A stretch of 44,967 nt of DNA from Gemmatimonadales bacterium (GCA_043741355.1 JAYUAL010000383.1:1-44967), one strand, 5' to 3'. Shown: positions 9,323 through 18,339, numbered from the stretch's first letter. Notes: a model not told the origin generated them from the sequence alone. Numbers and translations: made by a program.

Positions 9323-9909
9323 AGCGCGAGGTCAAGGCGGTCGTGTCCGATCCGGAGCAGGTTCGCGAGCGGCTTCGCCAAGCCGGAGCTCGGCTCGGCT
9401 TCGCGGGGATGATGATCGACGTCCGGTACGACCGGAACGGCGAGCTCGCCTCGCGCGCCGAGGTGTTGCGGCTCAGGCTCTTTCGGGGCACCACCGACGT
9501 GCGCGCCATGATCGGCTGGAAGGGGCCGACATCGATCAGCCCCGAAGGGCTCAAGACAAGGCACGAGCTCGAATACGAAATCAGATCCGCGAGCGCTCCG
9601 CCTGAGGCGTTCCCCCAAGCGCTCGGTTATCAGCCGGTGCATACCATCGAGCGGTACGTTGAGTACTATCGCCTGGGAACCGCGGAGGCCCGGTTGGAGT
9701 GGTATCCGCGCATGGACACGTTGATCGAGATCGAGGGCGACGCGGAGGGGATCGACGCCGTCATCCGTGTGACGGGCCTTCCGCGGGATGGGTTCACTCC
9801 CGAGCCGCTCTCGGTGTTCGCCGGGCGGTATGCATCGCGGACCGGGGCCGAGCCGGCGATGACCCTCGCTGAGCTCGGTGCCGAACGACCCGGGTGGCCT
9901 GAGCGATGA
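9316..9909 (+). CDS. CYTH-domain protein (CyaB-type adenylate cyclase / triphosphatase family); start unresolved
   Basis: The EXEXK signature (ILEREVKAVV) is encoded at 9316-9345. The only canonical in-frame starts are ATG 9190, which overlaps the HAD gene by 133 nt, and GTG 9343, which removes the motif. See the finding on the ATCCT duplication. The end at TGA 9907-9909 is firm. Confidence 0.65.
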   Translation: MLEREVKAVVSDPEQVRERLRQAGARLGFAGMMIDVRYDRNGELASRAEVLRLRLFRGTTDVRAMIGWKGPTSISPEGLKTRHELEYEIRSASAPPEAFPQALGYQPVHTIERYVEYYRLGTAEARLEWYPRMDTLIEIEGDAEGIDAVIRVTGLPRDGFTPEPLSVFAGRYASRTGAEPAMTLAELGAERPGWPER

Positions 9910-10610
9910 CCGTCCCGCCGGCGCTATCCTCCTTTCCGGAACTGGGTCCCTTCTTGGGCCATCTTGCGTCCCCGGATGCCCCGGACTCCCGCGACCCGGA
10001 GCTCGAGCCGGTGCGGCTCGGGATGCTCTCGGCGCTGTTCGAGCGGGCCGGCCGGGCCAGGGCGCTACTTGGGAGCGGAGACGCCGCCGGATCGCGCGCA
10101 GCGCTTTCGCGCGAGGCGTGGCTCGGGATCTGGGAAGAGGCGGTGGCGGGCGCCGCCGCCGCGTTACTGACCGGTGTGGAGCGGCGCCTCCGCGAGGTCG
10201 CCGCCATCTCCCGGATTGGGAAGCAGCCGGTCGCCGGCCTCCTGCCGACCATTGAGGATCGCCGAATACTCACCGCCCGCCTCGCCTCGGCTGGGCTCGG
10301 GCTGGAGCAGGCCACGCTCGAGCTGGCGAAGAGTTCCCCCGACTGGGACGAGTCCATCCGCCGCACCGCCGGGGAGCTCACCGGCGCATGGGATCAGCTG
10401 CTTGCCCTCTCGCAGCAGGAGCGGGGTTTCTGGGACCGGCGCATCGCCGACGTTCGCACCTGGCGGCGGCCCTGGCGCTCGCTGGTCCTGGCCGGCGCTG
10501 TGCTGCTCTTCCTGGCTATTTGGCTGGGCCTGGTGCTCGGCGGATACCTCCCGGTTCCCACCTTCCTTCGGCCTCTCACCGACTGGTACTGGAGTCTGCC
10601 TTGGCCGTGA
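9906..10610 (+). CDS. Hypothetical alpha-helical protein with a C-terminal transmembrane anchor
   Basis: ATGA overlap with the CYTH stop and GTGA overlap with the acpS start. High GC3. Hydrophobic segment SLVLAGAVLLFLAIWLGLVLGGYL near the C-terminus. No family recognised. Confidence 0.55.
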   Translation: MTVPPALSSFPELGPFLGHLASPDAPDSRDPELEPVRLGMLSALFERAGRARALLGSGDAAGSRAALSREAWLGIWEEAVAGAAAALLTGVERRLREVAAISRIGKQPVAGLLPTIEDRRILTARLASAGLGLEQATLELAKSSPDWDESIRRTAGELTGAWDQLLALSQQERGFWDRRIADVRTWRRPWRSLVLAGAVLLFLAIWLGLVLGGYLPVPTFLRPLTDWYWSLPWP

Positions 10611-10987
10611 TTGGACTCGGCGTCGACCTGGTGGATGTCGAGGAGGCCGAGCGGCTGCTCGAGCGCTGGGGGGAACGCCTGCTCCGGCGGCTGCTCACCG
10701 CGGCCGAGCGCGAGTACGTGCTGGGGTTCGAGCGGCCGGCGCAATATCTGGCCGTTCGGCTCGCCGCGAAGGAGGCGGTCTACAAGGCGCTGCAGGCCTT
10801 GCCGGGTACTCGCGAGGTGCGCTGGCGTCACATCGAGGTGGTGCGGCGGCACGACGGACTTCCTTCGATACGGCTGCATGAGGAAGCAGCGCGACTCAGC
10901 GAGGCGGCCGGAGCGGTCCGCATTTCGCTTTCGCTCACCCACACCAAGCGCACCGCGGGAGCGGTCGCCCTGATCGAGCGGGACTGA
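10607..10987 (+). CDS. acpS: Holo-[acyl-carrier-protein] synthase (4'-phosphopantetheinyl transferase)
   Basis: GTG start. VIGLGVDLVDVEEAERLL...ERE...FERPAQYLAVRLAAKEAVYKAL... matches the AcpS N-terminus and core. Length 126 aa. Confidence 0.85.
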   Translation: MIGLGVDLVDVEEAERLLERWGERLLRRLLTAAEREYVLGFERPAQYLAVRLAAKEAVYKALQALPGTREVRWRHIEVVRRHDGLPSIRLHEEAARLSEAAGAVRISLSLTHTKRTAGAVALIERD

Positions 10988-11000
10988 CTCCGGACCGTCT

Positions 11001-11028
11001 TTGAATTCCGAGTGCGCTACTCTACTAT
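11001..11028 (+). promoter_or_regulatory. Candidate sigma-70-type promoter (TTGAAT-16 nt-TACTAT) ending 7 nt before ATG 11036
   Basis: TTGAAT at 11001-11006 and TACTAT at 11023-11028, in the only AT-richer intergenic patch after acpS. The spacing implies a leaderless or near-leaderless transcript for the iron permease gene. Confidence 0.3.
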
Positions 11029-11035
11029 TCCGGCG

Positions 11036-13141
11036 ATGCTCAAAGATTACTTGAGAATTGCTCTCATCTTCCTCGGAGCAGTCGCACCGGCCGTCGCCCA
11101 GGATCCCGCGGCCGCGGCCCGGAGGGTAGCCGCGACCGCACAGCTCGCTGCCGAGGAGTACCGGCTCGGTGTGAGCGGTGGACGGGTGGTCGCATCCGAA
11201 GAAGTGGCGGAGGCTCGGCTCTTCCTGGCCGAGGCGCGGCGCAACGTCGCCTGGCTCCCGGCCTCCACGGTGGGCCCGGTTTCGGCCTCGCTCGATACGC
11301 TGGACGCGATGGTAGCGCGCAGCGCGGACCCGGATTTGGTCTCCGACCGGGTGACCGCGATGCTCGCGGCAATGGGTCGCGAGTTCAAGATCATTTTCGA
11401 CGAGATTCCGGCTGAGACACCCTCGCTGACGCGGGGCCGCGAGATCTACCAGACCACCTGCTCCGGCTGTCACGGGCTGGCCGGCTGGGGGGACGGACCC
11501 CTGGCGGTTGCCCTGAAGCCCAGGCCGGCAAATCTCGCCGACTCGGTGGCGCTGTCGGGCAGCTCTCCGCTCGACTTCTATCGCCGGATCACCGTCGGCG
11601 TTGCCGGCACGGCAATGGCTTCCTACGAGCGCATCCTCTCCACCGCCGACGGCTGGGCGGTGGCGCTGTACACCTCCTCGCTTCGGCTCCCCGCACCCGT
11701 CGGGGAGGCTCCCGCGGCGCTCCGCTCCTTCTCCGCCACCGCGCGTCTCAGTGATGCCGACATCAGGGCAGCTCTGGGCAAGGGAGCGAATGGCGCCCGG
11801 GTGGCCGCCGTGCGAACCGCGTCGGGTTCGGTTCCGGGTGGACCCGTGTCCGACCGGGTGTTTGCGACGGTGCGGGCCCAGCTCGATAGCGCCTACAACC
11901 TCGCCGTGGCGGGCCGCAAGGACGAAGCGCGCGGCACCGCCATGGACGCCTATGTCACCTTCGAGCAGGTCGAGCGGACGCTCCGGGTGAAGGATCCGTC
12001 GCTGACCGCGAGGATCGAGGCGGCCTTCTCGATTCTGCGGACCCGAGCCGGGTCCGGCGCCACGGCCTCCGAGCTTGCGAGGATCCGGCAGGACCTGGCC
12101 CGGGAGCTGGAAACCGCTGAACGCACCGTGGTGGACCAGCTTTCGCCGTCCAACCTCCTGGTCCAATCTTTCATCATCCTCATGCGTGAGGGTCTCGAGG
12201 CGATTCTGGTGATTGGCGCGCTGATGGCGTTCCTGGTCAGGACCGGGAACGGCCACCGTCGCCGCGACATCCATCTCGGCGTTGCGGCGGCCCTGGTGAT
12301 GAGCCTGCTGCTGGCGGCGGCGCTCGAGACGGTGTTTGCGCTGACCCGCTCCCACCAGGAGCGCCTCGAAGGCGCCGTGCTGATGCTCGCCACGGGTACC
12401 CTGTTCTATGTGAGCTACTGGCTGCTGTCCAAGATGGAAGTGGCCAAGTGGAATCGCTTCGTGAAGGGCAAAGTGCAGGACGCCCTGACCCGGGGCTCCG
12501 CCTTCGCGCTGGCGTCGGTCGCGTTCCTGGCGGTGTTCCGTGAAGGGTTCGAGACCGTGCTCTTCTACAAGGCGCTGGCGGTGTCGGGCGGTCCGGGCGC
12601 GTGGGCACCGGTGCTGGCGGGGATTGCGGCGGGCGGCCTGGCACTCGCCGCGGTGTATCTGGGCATCAACCGGTTCGGGGTACGGCTCCCGCTCAAGCCG
12701 CTGTTCGGCGTGACCAGCGCGTTGCTCTACTACATGGCGTTCGTCTTCGCGGGGAAGGGCATTGCCGAACTGCAGGAGTCCGGCGTGATATCGTTGACGC
12801 CGGTGGGCTGGGCTCCGCGCTTTCCCGCCATGGGCATCTATCCGACGGTGGAGTCGTTGGGATTGCAGGCGCTGCTGGTGCTGCTCGCGCTCGTAGCGCT
12901 GGTCTGGACCTTCCTGATCGAGCCCCGCCAGCTCCGACCGACCCAGGTGCTGGTGCCCGAACCGGAGCCGCTGCAGCGTCGCTCTACCGAGTTGCCGGTT
13001 CGCGACGCCACCCTGTTACGCTCGCTCGACCGGATCGAGACGGATTTGAAGGAGGTTCGCTCCGAGCTGGAGCGAATGCGGGAGACGGTGAGGCCGGAGG
13101 GCAAGGTCGGGGAGCGGGGAGCAGGGAGCGGTGAGCGGTAG
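11036..13141 (+). CDS. Cytochrome c / FTR1-family iron permease fusion protein
   Basis: Signal peptide MLKDYLRIALIFLGAVAPAVAQDP. Haem c motif CSGCHG with a downstream Met (GTAMASY). Two FTR1 REXXE motifs (REGLEA, REGFET) in a polytopic C-terminal half. An alternative GTG start at 11012 would lie inside the putative promoter. Confidence 0.8.
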   Translation: MLKDYLRIALIFLGAVAPAVAQDPAAAARRVAATAQLAAEEYRLGVSGGRVVASEEVAEARLFLAEARRNVAWLPASTVGPVSASLDTLDAMVARSADPDLVSDRVTAMLAAMGREFKIIFDEIPAETPSLTRGREIYQTTCSGCHGLAGWGDGPLAVALKPRPANLADSVALSGSSPLDFYRRITVGVAGTAMASYERILSTADGWAVALYTSSLRLPAPVGEAPAALRSFSATARLSDADIRAALGKGANGARVAAVRTASGSVPGGPVSDRVFATVRAQLDSAYNLAVAGRKDEARGTAMDAYVTFEQVERTLRVKDPSLTARIEAAFSILRTRAGSGATASELARIRQDLARELETAERTVVDQLSPSNLLVQSFIILMREGLEAILVIGALMAFLVRTGNGHRRRDIHLGVAAALVMSLLLAAALETVFALTRSHQERLEGAVLMLATGTLFYVSYWLLSKMEVAKWNRFVKGKVQDALTRGSAFALASVAFLAVFREGFETVLFYKALAVSGGPGAWAPVLAGIAAGGLALAAVYLGINRFGVRLPLKPLFGVTSALLYYMAFVFAGKGIAELQESGVISLTPVGWAPRFPAMGIYPTVESLGLQALLVLLALVALVWTFLIEPRQLRPTQVLVPEPEPLQRRSTELPVRDATLLRSLDRIETDLKEVRSELERMRETVRPEGKVGERGAGSGER

Positions 13142-13166
13142 TTCCCGCTCCCCGCTCACCGCTTCC
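13124..13166. terminator. GC-rich hairpin at a convergent gene junction (candidate bidirectional terminator)
   Basis: GCGGTGAGCGG (13128-13138) pairs with CCGCTCACCGC (13152-13162), extendable to about 15 bp. The FTR1 TAG (13139-13141) and the lgt TGA (complement of 13156-13158) both lie within the structure. There is no U-tract. Confidence 0.5.
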
Positions 13167-13992
13167 CTTTCTCCAGGTATTCCCCCGCCGGCACCAGGTC
13201 AGACCGCTTCCATCGCGAATACAAAACGGCCCCGGAAACCATCAGCCCGATCGCTACGAGCTGTGCCACGGTGATGCCCTCGCCGATGCGGTCTTCCTTG
13301 GCGCGGACGAACTCGATCAGGAACCGCTCGGCGCCGGCCAGCATCAGGTAGATGCTGAACAACCAGCCGGTGGCGTGCCTGTGGTTCCGGAGCCGCCACA
13401 GCAGCATGAACACCCCGATCATCAGCACCGCTTCGTAGATCTGGGTGGGATGTACCGCGAGGACCGCATCGGCCGGCGTTCCCGGCGCCAGCGTGACGCC
13501 GAACTCTCGTGAGAGCGCATCGGCGGTGGTGGGCGGCAAGCCCTGCGGGAACTTGACGCCCCAGGGCAGGGAGGTGGGACGGCCATAGTCGTCGCCCACC
13601 AGGAAACAGCCGATCCGGCCCAGCGCGTAGGCGGCCGGCAGGGCGGGGGCGGCCAGGTCCAGGGTCCAGCGCAGCGGCACCTTGAGCCGCCGGCTGTTCA
13701 GCAGCACCGCCACCACACCGCCGATGAATCCGCCATACCAGACCAGGCCGCCGCGGCTGAACAGCGCCCCGGGATCGCCGACCTCGACCACGTACCAGAG
13801 CTTGGCGCCCAGAATGCCGCCGATCACCGCGGCGACAGTCATGTCCGCGGCGTAATCGTGATTCCAGCCGCGGCGGCGCAGCTCGCGGTCCATCAGCCAG
13901 CCGCCCACGAGGAAGCCGACCATCATCATCACCCCGTAGCCGGTGATGTTGAGGGGGCCGATATGGAGATTCAGGGGATAGACGGTCGTCAT
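13156..13992 (-). CDS. lgt: Prolipoprotein diacylglyceryl transferase
   Basis: ATG at 13992 (MTTVYPLNLHIGPLNITGYGVMMMVGFLVG...) inside track ORF 13156..14568. Carries GGLVWYGGFIGG and is polytopic. ATGA overlap with the tsaD stop. Confidence 0.9.
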   Translation of the reverse strand: MTTVYPLNLHIGPLNITGYGVMMMVGFLVGGWLMDRELRRRGWNHDYAADMTVAAVIGGILGAKLWYVVEVGDPGALFSRGGLVWYGGFIGGVVAVLLNSRRLKVPLRWTLDLAAPALPAAYALGRIGCFLVGDDYGRPTSLPWGVKFPQGLPPTTADALSREFGVTLAPGTPADAVLAVHPTQIYEAVLMIGVFMLLWRLRNHRHATGWLFSIYLMLAGAERFLIEFVRAKEDRIGEGITVAQLVAIGLMVSGAVLYSRWKRSDLVPAGEYLEKGKR

Positions 13993-15023
13993 ACGCGTAA
14001 AATAACCGGTTGAGTGCCCGGAATCGGGCCCCGATCGAACGGTTCCAGGTCCAGCCCCGAGCGCTCGCCGCGCGACAAGCGCCACGCCCCGGCGGCCGCG
14101 ATCATGGCCGCATTGTCCGTATTGAACCGGGGCGACGCCACGACGACGCGTCCCCACCCGGCCACCCGCTCCTCGAGGGCCACCCGCAGCGCCTGGTTGC
14201 AGGCCACGCCGCCTACGATGACCGCGGTCTCCCGCCCCGCTTCCTCCAGCGCCCGGACGGTCTTGGTGACCAGCACGTCCACCGCCGCATCCTGAAAATC
14301 GCGCGCCAGGTCGGCGCGGTCCGCCTCCAGGTTGGGCGAGCCACGTACTGCGCGTAGCACCGCCGTCTTGAGGCCGCTGAAGGAAAAGTCGAAGCCCTGG
14401 CGCATCATCGGGCGGGGAAAATTGAAGCGGCCTGGATGGCCTTCCCGGGCGAGCCGTTCGATGGCTGCACCGGCGGGGTAGCCGAGCCCGAGCAGCGTGC
14501 CCACCTTGTCGAAGGCTTCGCCCGCCGCGTCGTCGAGCGTCTGTCCCAGCAGGCGATAGTCTCCCCACCCGCCCACATCGAGCAGCATGGTGTGGCCGCC
14601 GCTCACCAGGAGCGCGATGAACGGGGGCTCGAGGTCGGGGTGCTCGAGCCGCGGTGCGAAGAGGTGGCCCTCGTGGTGGTGGACTCCGATCAGCGGTTTG
14701 CCGAGACCCATGGCCAGGCCCTTGGCGTACATGAGGCCCACCAGCAGCGCGCCGATCAGGCCGGGCCCCGCGGTGACCGCGATCCCGTCGAGTTGGCTCG
14801 GCCCGATCCCGGCTTCGGCGAGCGCGCGATCGACGACCGGACCGATGGTGCGGAGGTGCTCCCGGCCGGCCAGCTCCGGCACCACGCCGCCGAAGACCCG
14901 GTGGATGTCCTGGGAGAGAATGACGAGGCTGTCGACCACGAGACGGCCGTCTTCGGTTCGGAGGACGGCCGCGGAAGTCTCATCGCAGCTCGTCTCGATG
15001 CCCAGGGTGCGGCTACTCGCCAC
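13989..15023 (-). CDS. tsaD: tRNA N6-adenosine threonylcarbamoyltransferase TsaD
   Basis: GTG start. LGIETSCDETSAAV, HHHEGHL and the GGVACN motifs are typical of Kae1/TsaD. Confidence 0.9.
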   Translation of the reverse strand: MASSRTLGIETSCDETSAAVLRTEDGRLVVDSLVILSQDIHRVFGGVVPELAGREHLRTIGPVVDRALAEAGIGPSQLDGIAVTAGPGLIGALLVGLMYAKGLAMGLGKPLIGVHHHEGHLFAPRLEHPDLEPPFIALLVSGGHTMLLDVGGWGDYRLLGQTLDDAAGEAFDKVGTLLGLGYPAGAAIERLAREGHPGRFNFPRPMMRQGFDFSFSGLKTAVLRAVRGSPNLEADRADLARDFQDAAVDVLVTKTVRALEEAGRETAVIVGGVACNQALRVALEERVAGWGRVVVASPRFNTDNAAMIAAAGAWRLSRGERSGLDLEPFDRGPIPGTQPVILRV

Positions 15024-15546
15024 CGAGCAGACTGGCCACGACGAGCTGGTTACCCTTCGAGCTCCAGGGATGCTCGCCGATGACTTTTTTCACGATGATG
15101 CCCTTCTTATTGAGCAAAAAGCTCTCCGGCACGCCGGTGGTCTGGAAGACCCGCTGGATGTCGCCGCTCCGGTCCTGGAGGACGTCGAAGGTCAGCCCGT
15201 ATTCCTTCACGAACCGCCGCACATCTTCAGTGCTGCCCTCGTCGATGCTGATCGCGATGATCCGGAGGCCCTTGGGACCCAGCTCCTTGTAGAGCTTCTC
15301 CATCGCGGGCATTTCGGCTCGGCAGGGGATGCACCAGGTGGCCCAGATGTTGACCAGGGTAACCTGGCCTTCGGTCGACGCGTGCAGCGACACCGAGTCG
15401 CCATTTTGAACGTCGACCGCGGTGAAGTTCGGCGCCCGCTTGCCGATTTCCACGCCTTCGAGCTGGGGCCCGAACTTGACCAGCGCCACGGCGCCGAGCC
15501 CGAGCCCCACGACGATGGCACCCACCATGGTCCATTGCTTCGACAT
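15013..15546 (-). CDS. TlpA/ResA-like membrane-anchored thiol:disulfide oxidoreductase (thioredoxin fold)
   Basis: ATG at 15546 (MSKQWTMVGAIVVGLGLGAVALV). Active site WATWCIPCRAEMP. Track ORF 15013..15666 extends further upstream without support. Confidence 0.8.
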   Translation of the reverse strand: MSKQWTMVGAIVVGLGLGAVALVKFGPQLEGVEIGKRAPNFTAVDVQNGDSVSLHASTEGQVTLVNIWATWCIPCRAEMPAMEKLYKELGPKGLRIIAISIDEGSTEDVRRFVKEYGLTFDVLQDRSGDIQRVFQTTGVPESFLLNKKGIIVKKVIGEHPWSSKGNQLVVASLLGGE

Positions 15547-15557
15547 TCGCCGCCTCC

Positions 15558-16223
15558 TCAGACCCCTATTGTGCAGGCCAGCTTGAGCCGCTTCACCGCG
15601 CCGCCCGGATCGGGCTCGCCGAAGACCGCCGTGCCCGCGACGAAGGTGTCGGCGCCGGCCTGCCATGCCCGACGGATCGTCGCGGTGGTGATGCCGCCAT
15701 CCACCTCCAGCACCGCCTTGCTTCCGACCCCATCCAGCAGTTCGCGTACCCGGCGGATCTTCCCGGTGGCTGCTTCAATGTAACGTTGGCCCCCGAAGCC
15801 CGGGTTCACCGACATCACCAGTACCAGGTCGAGATCGTTCACCACATCCTCGATCAATGTGATCGGCGTCGCCGGGTTGAGCGCGAGCCCCGCCTTCATC
15901 TCTCGCTCCCTCACCCGGGCCAGCTGCCGCTGCACATGGATGGTGGCCTCGGGGTGAAAGGTAAAGACCGCGGCGCCGGCATCGGCAAAGGCATCCACGT
16001 AGTTCTCCGGCTCCGTCACCATGAGGTGGACGTCCAGGGGAAGGTTGCTGAGCTTCTTGAGCGCCTGGATCAGGGGCGCGCCAAAGGTCAGGTTGGGCAC
16101 GAACCGGCCGTCCATGACGTCCACGTGGATCCATTCGGCCCCGCCCGACTCGATCTCGGCGACCTGGTCCTTGAGCCGGCCCAGATCGGCGGAGAGAATG
16201 GATGGCGCGATGCGGACGGTCAC
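15558..16223 (-). CDS. rpe: Ribulose-phosphate 3-epimerase
   Basis: APSILSADLGRL...IHVDVMDGRFVPNLTFG...VMSVNPGFGGQ. Confidence 0.9.
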   Translation of the reverse strand: MTVRIAPSILSADLGRLKDQVAEIESGGAEWIHVDVMDGRFVPNLTFGAPLIQALKKLSNLPLDVHLMVTEPENYVDAFADAGAAVFTFHPEATIHVQRQLARVREREMKAGLALNPATPITLIEDVVNDLDLVLVMSVNPGFGGQRYIEAATGKIRRVRELLDGVGSKAVLEVDGGITTATIRRAWQAGADTFVAGTAVFGEPDPGGAVKRLKLACTIGV

Positions 16224-16242
16224 GGGCGCTCCGGGTTCGGGC

Positions 16243-17013
16243 TCAATTGCTGATCACCAGACTGACCCGGCCTTCATGGGGACTGAACACTCCGGCAGAG
16301 GGCCGCTGCTCCAAAACAATTCCGGGCGGATTGCGCTGGCGCTTCTGGGTGGTGACAGTGCCGATCCGAAGTCCGGCCGCCTCCAGCCGCTGGCGCGCGT
16401 CCTCTTGCTTCAAGCCCATCACGTCGGGCACCCTGATATCCGCCGGCCCCTTGCTCACCAGCAGATCTACCGACGATCCCGGCTGGTGGGTGGTGCCGAT
16501 GGCCGGCCGGGTGCCGATGATCAGCCCCGGCTCGGATGAGCTGGGGATCGAGTCGATGCCTCCGACGCGGAGCCCGGCAGCGTCCATGACCTGGCGGGCC
16601 TGATCCAGGTCGAAGGAAAACACGTCCGGCACCGCTACCGGGCCGGGGCCGCTGCTCATCGTGAGGCGAACCACGGTGCCGGCGGGGAGCGACGTCTCCG
16701 GTGGCGGGTCTTGCCAGACGACGTGCCCTGCAGGAATGACGGGATCAGTCTCTTCGTCTTCCACCTTGTACCGGAAACCCTGCTCGCTCAGCTCCTTCTC
16801 GGCCTGCGCGCGCGGAAGGCCGAGCACCCGGGTCACCTGCCGCTCCCGCGCAATCAGTGGAGCGGGGTAAGCCACGCACGTGACCATATACCCGGCCAGC
16901 ACCGCCGCGCCGAGGAGGACCCCGATTCGCAATCGGTCGCGCCCCTGGACCGTCGTGGGCCAAAGTCCTCTGACCCGGGCCCAGAAGCGGGCCCACACCG
17001 GGGGAGATGACAC
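16243..17013 (-). CDS. Membrane-anchored protein with three PASTA domains and no kinase or transpeptidase domain
   Basis: N-terminal TM segment (IGVLLGAAVLAGYMV) followed by three repeats of the type VPDV-x-G-x4-A-x3-L-x2-AGL (RVLGLPRAQAEKELSEQGF; VPDVFSFDLDQARQVMDAAGL; VPDVMGLKQEDARQRLEAAGL). Confidence 0.8.
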   Translation of the reverse strand: MSSPPVWARFWARVRGLWPTTVQGRDRLRIGVLLGAAVLAGYMVTCVAYPAPLIARERQVTRVLGLPRAQAEKELSEQGFRYKVEDEETDPVIPAGHVVWQDPPPETSLPAGTVVRLTMSSGPGPVAVPDVFSFDLDQARQVMDAAGLRVGGIDSIPSSSEPGLIIGTRPAIGTTHQPGSSVDLLVSKGPADIRVPDVMGLKQEDARQRLEAAGLRIGTVTTQKRQRNPPGIVLEQRPSAGVFSPHEGRVSLVISN

Positions 17014-17014
17014 G

Positions 17015-18339
17015 TCAGCCCACCCTCAGAAGCCGGGCCGCGTACGCCCCGTCGGTCCCGTGGCGCTGGGGGAGCAGCATCAAATCCCCCGCGGGAGTAA
17101 GGAGCTCCCCAGGCACCGTCGAGGACGGCTCACGCCGGAATCGCGCATCGCTCGCGAGCAGGGCCTCGATTTGCACTTCGTTCTCCTCGGGTTCCAGGGA
17201 ACAGGTGGAGAAAAATAACCGCCCGCCCGGCCGGACTGCTTCAGTCAGCGCCCGGAGGAGCCGCCCACCCTGCCCCGCCAGCTCGGCCAGCGCGGCTTCG
17301 GAAACCCGCCATCGCGCGTCGGGGTGGCGGGCAAACGCCCCGGTACCGAGGCAGGGCGCATCCAGGAGGACCGAATCCAATGGCCGAATTGCGGGTGCCT
17401 CGGCGTCCGCCACCAGCACGGCGGCCGGCCCGGCGGCGGCGCGATCGAGATTCTCCCGAAGCCGCCGGGCTCGCGCGTGGCGGAGGTCGCCCGCGGCCAC
17501 GAATCCGGCCTGCGCCGAGAGGGCGATGGCCTTGCCCCCGGGGGCCGCGCAGGCGTCGAATATCGGTGTGCCGACCGGAACGTTGAAATAGCGGACCACC
17601 AGCGCCGGTGCCGGATCCTGGACGTAGCAGGACCCCGAGGCAAATCCGGGCAGTTCCTGGGGCCTCCGTCCGGTAACCACGAGGCCGGCGTTGAAGGGCG
17701 CCGGTCGCCAGGCAATGTTCTGCTGGTCCAGACCGGCGATCACCGCCTCGAGGCTCCAGCGGGCCGGCTGGATCACCAGGGCCGGGCGAGTGTTGTTGGC
17801 CATGAGGAGCTCCCTGGTTTCCTCGGGGCCAAAGCGCGCCAGCCACCGCGCCACCAGCCAGGCGGGGTGGGAATACTCCATGGCGAGGGATTCGGCAGTC
17901 GGGACTCCGACCGCGGCACCGGATTCCGGACTCCGGTCTCCTGAATCCTGCTCCGCCACCTTCCGCAGCACAGCATTGATGAACCCGCCCACGCGGGCCC
18001 CCGCGATGCGACGGCCCAGCGTCACCGCGGTATCCACCGCGGCGTGGGCGGGCACTCGCTTCAGGAACAGAAGCTGATAGGCGCCGAGTCTCAGGATGTC
18101 GAGCAGGTCGTCGCGAACGCCGTCCACGCCGCCGGTTACGTGAGGCGCGATGGCCTGGTCGAGCGGAGTGCGGTGGCGGAGCACCCCCGCCGCAAGCTCG
18201 TGGGCCAGCCGCTTGTCGTCATCGGGCAGACCGGCCAGCGCGCGCTCGAGCGCGCGGTCGAAGGGAACCTCGTGGCGGATATCGTGCAGAACGCGCCAGG
18301 CGGCGGCGCGGGGAGGAAGACCGGGGGACGCCCCCTGGC

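Noticed and set aside
10394-12355. A 653-aa minus-strand ORF opposite acpS and the cytochrome c-FTR1 gene. Similar long antisense or out-of-frame ORFs occur at 7068-8735, 3436-4656, 37533-39593, 7235-8623 and 34289-35131.
   Set aside because: Each overlaps a gene with clear family motifs on the other strand or in another frame. They have R/G/P/A-dominated composition and no recognisable motifs. These are high-GC stop-codon-depletion artefacts.
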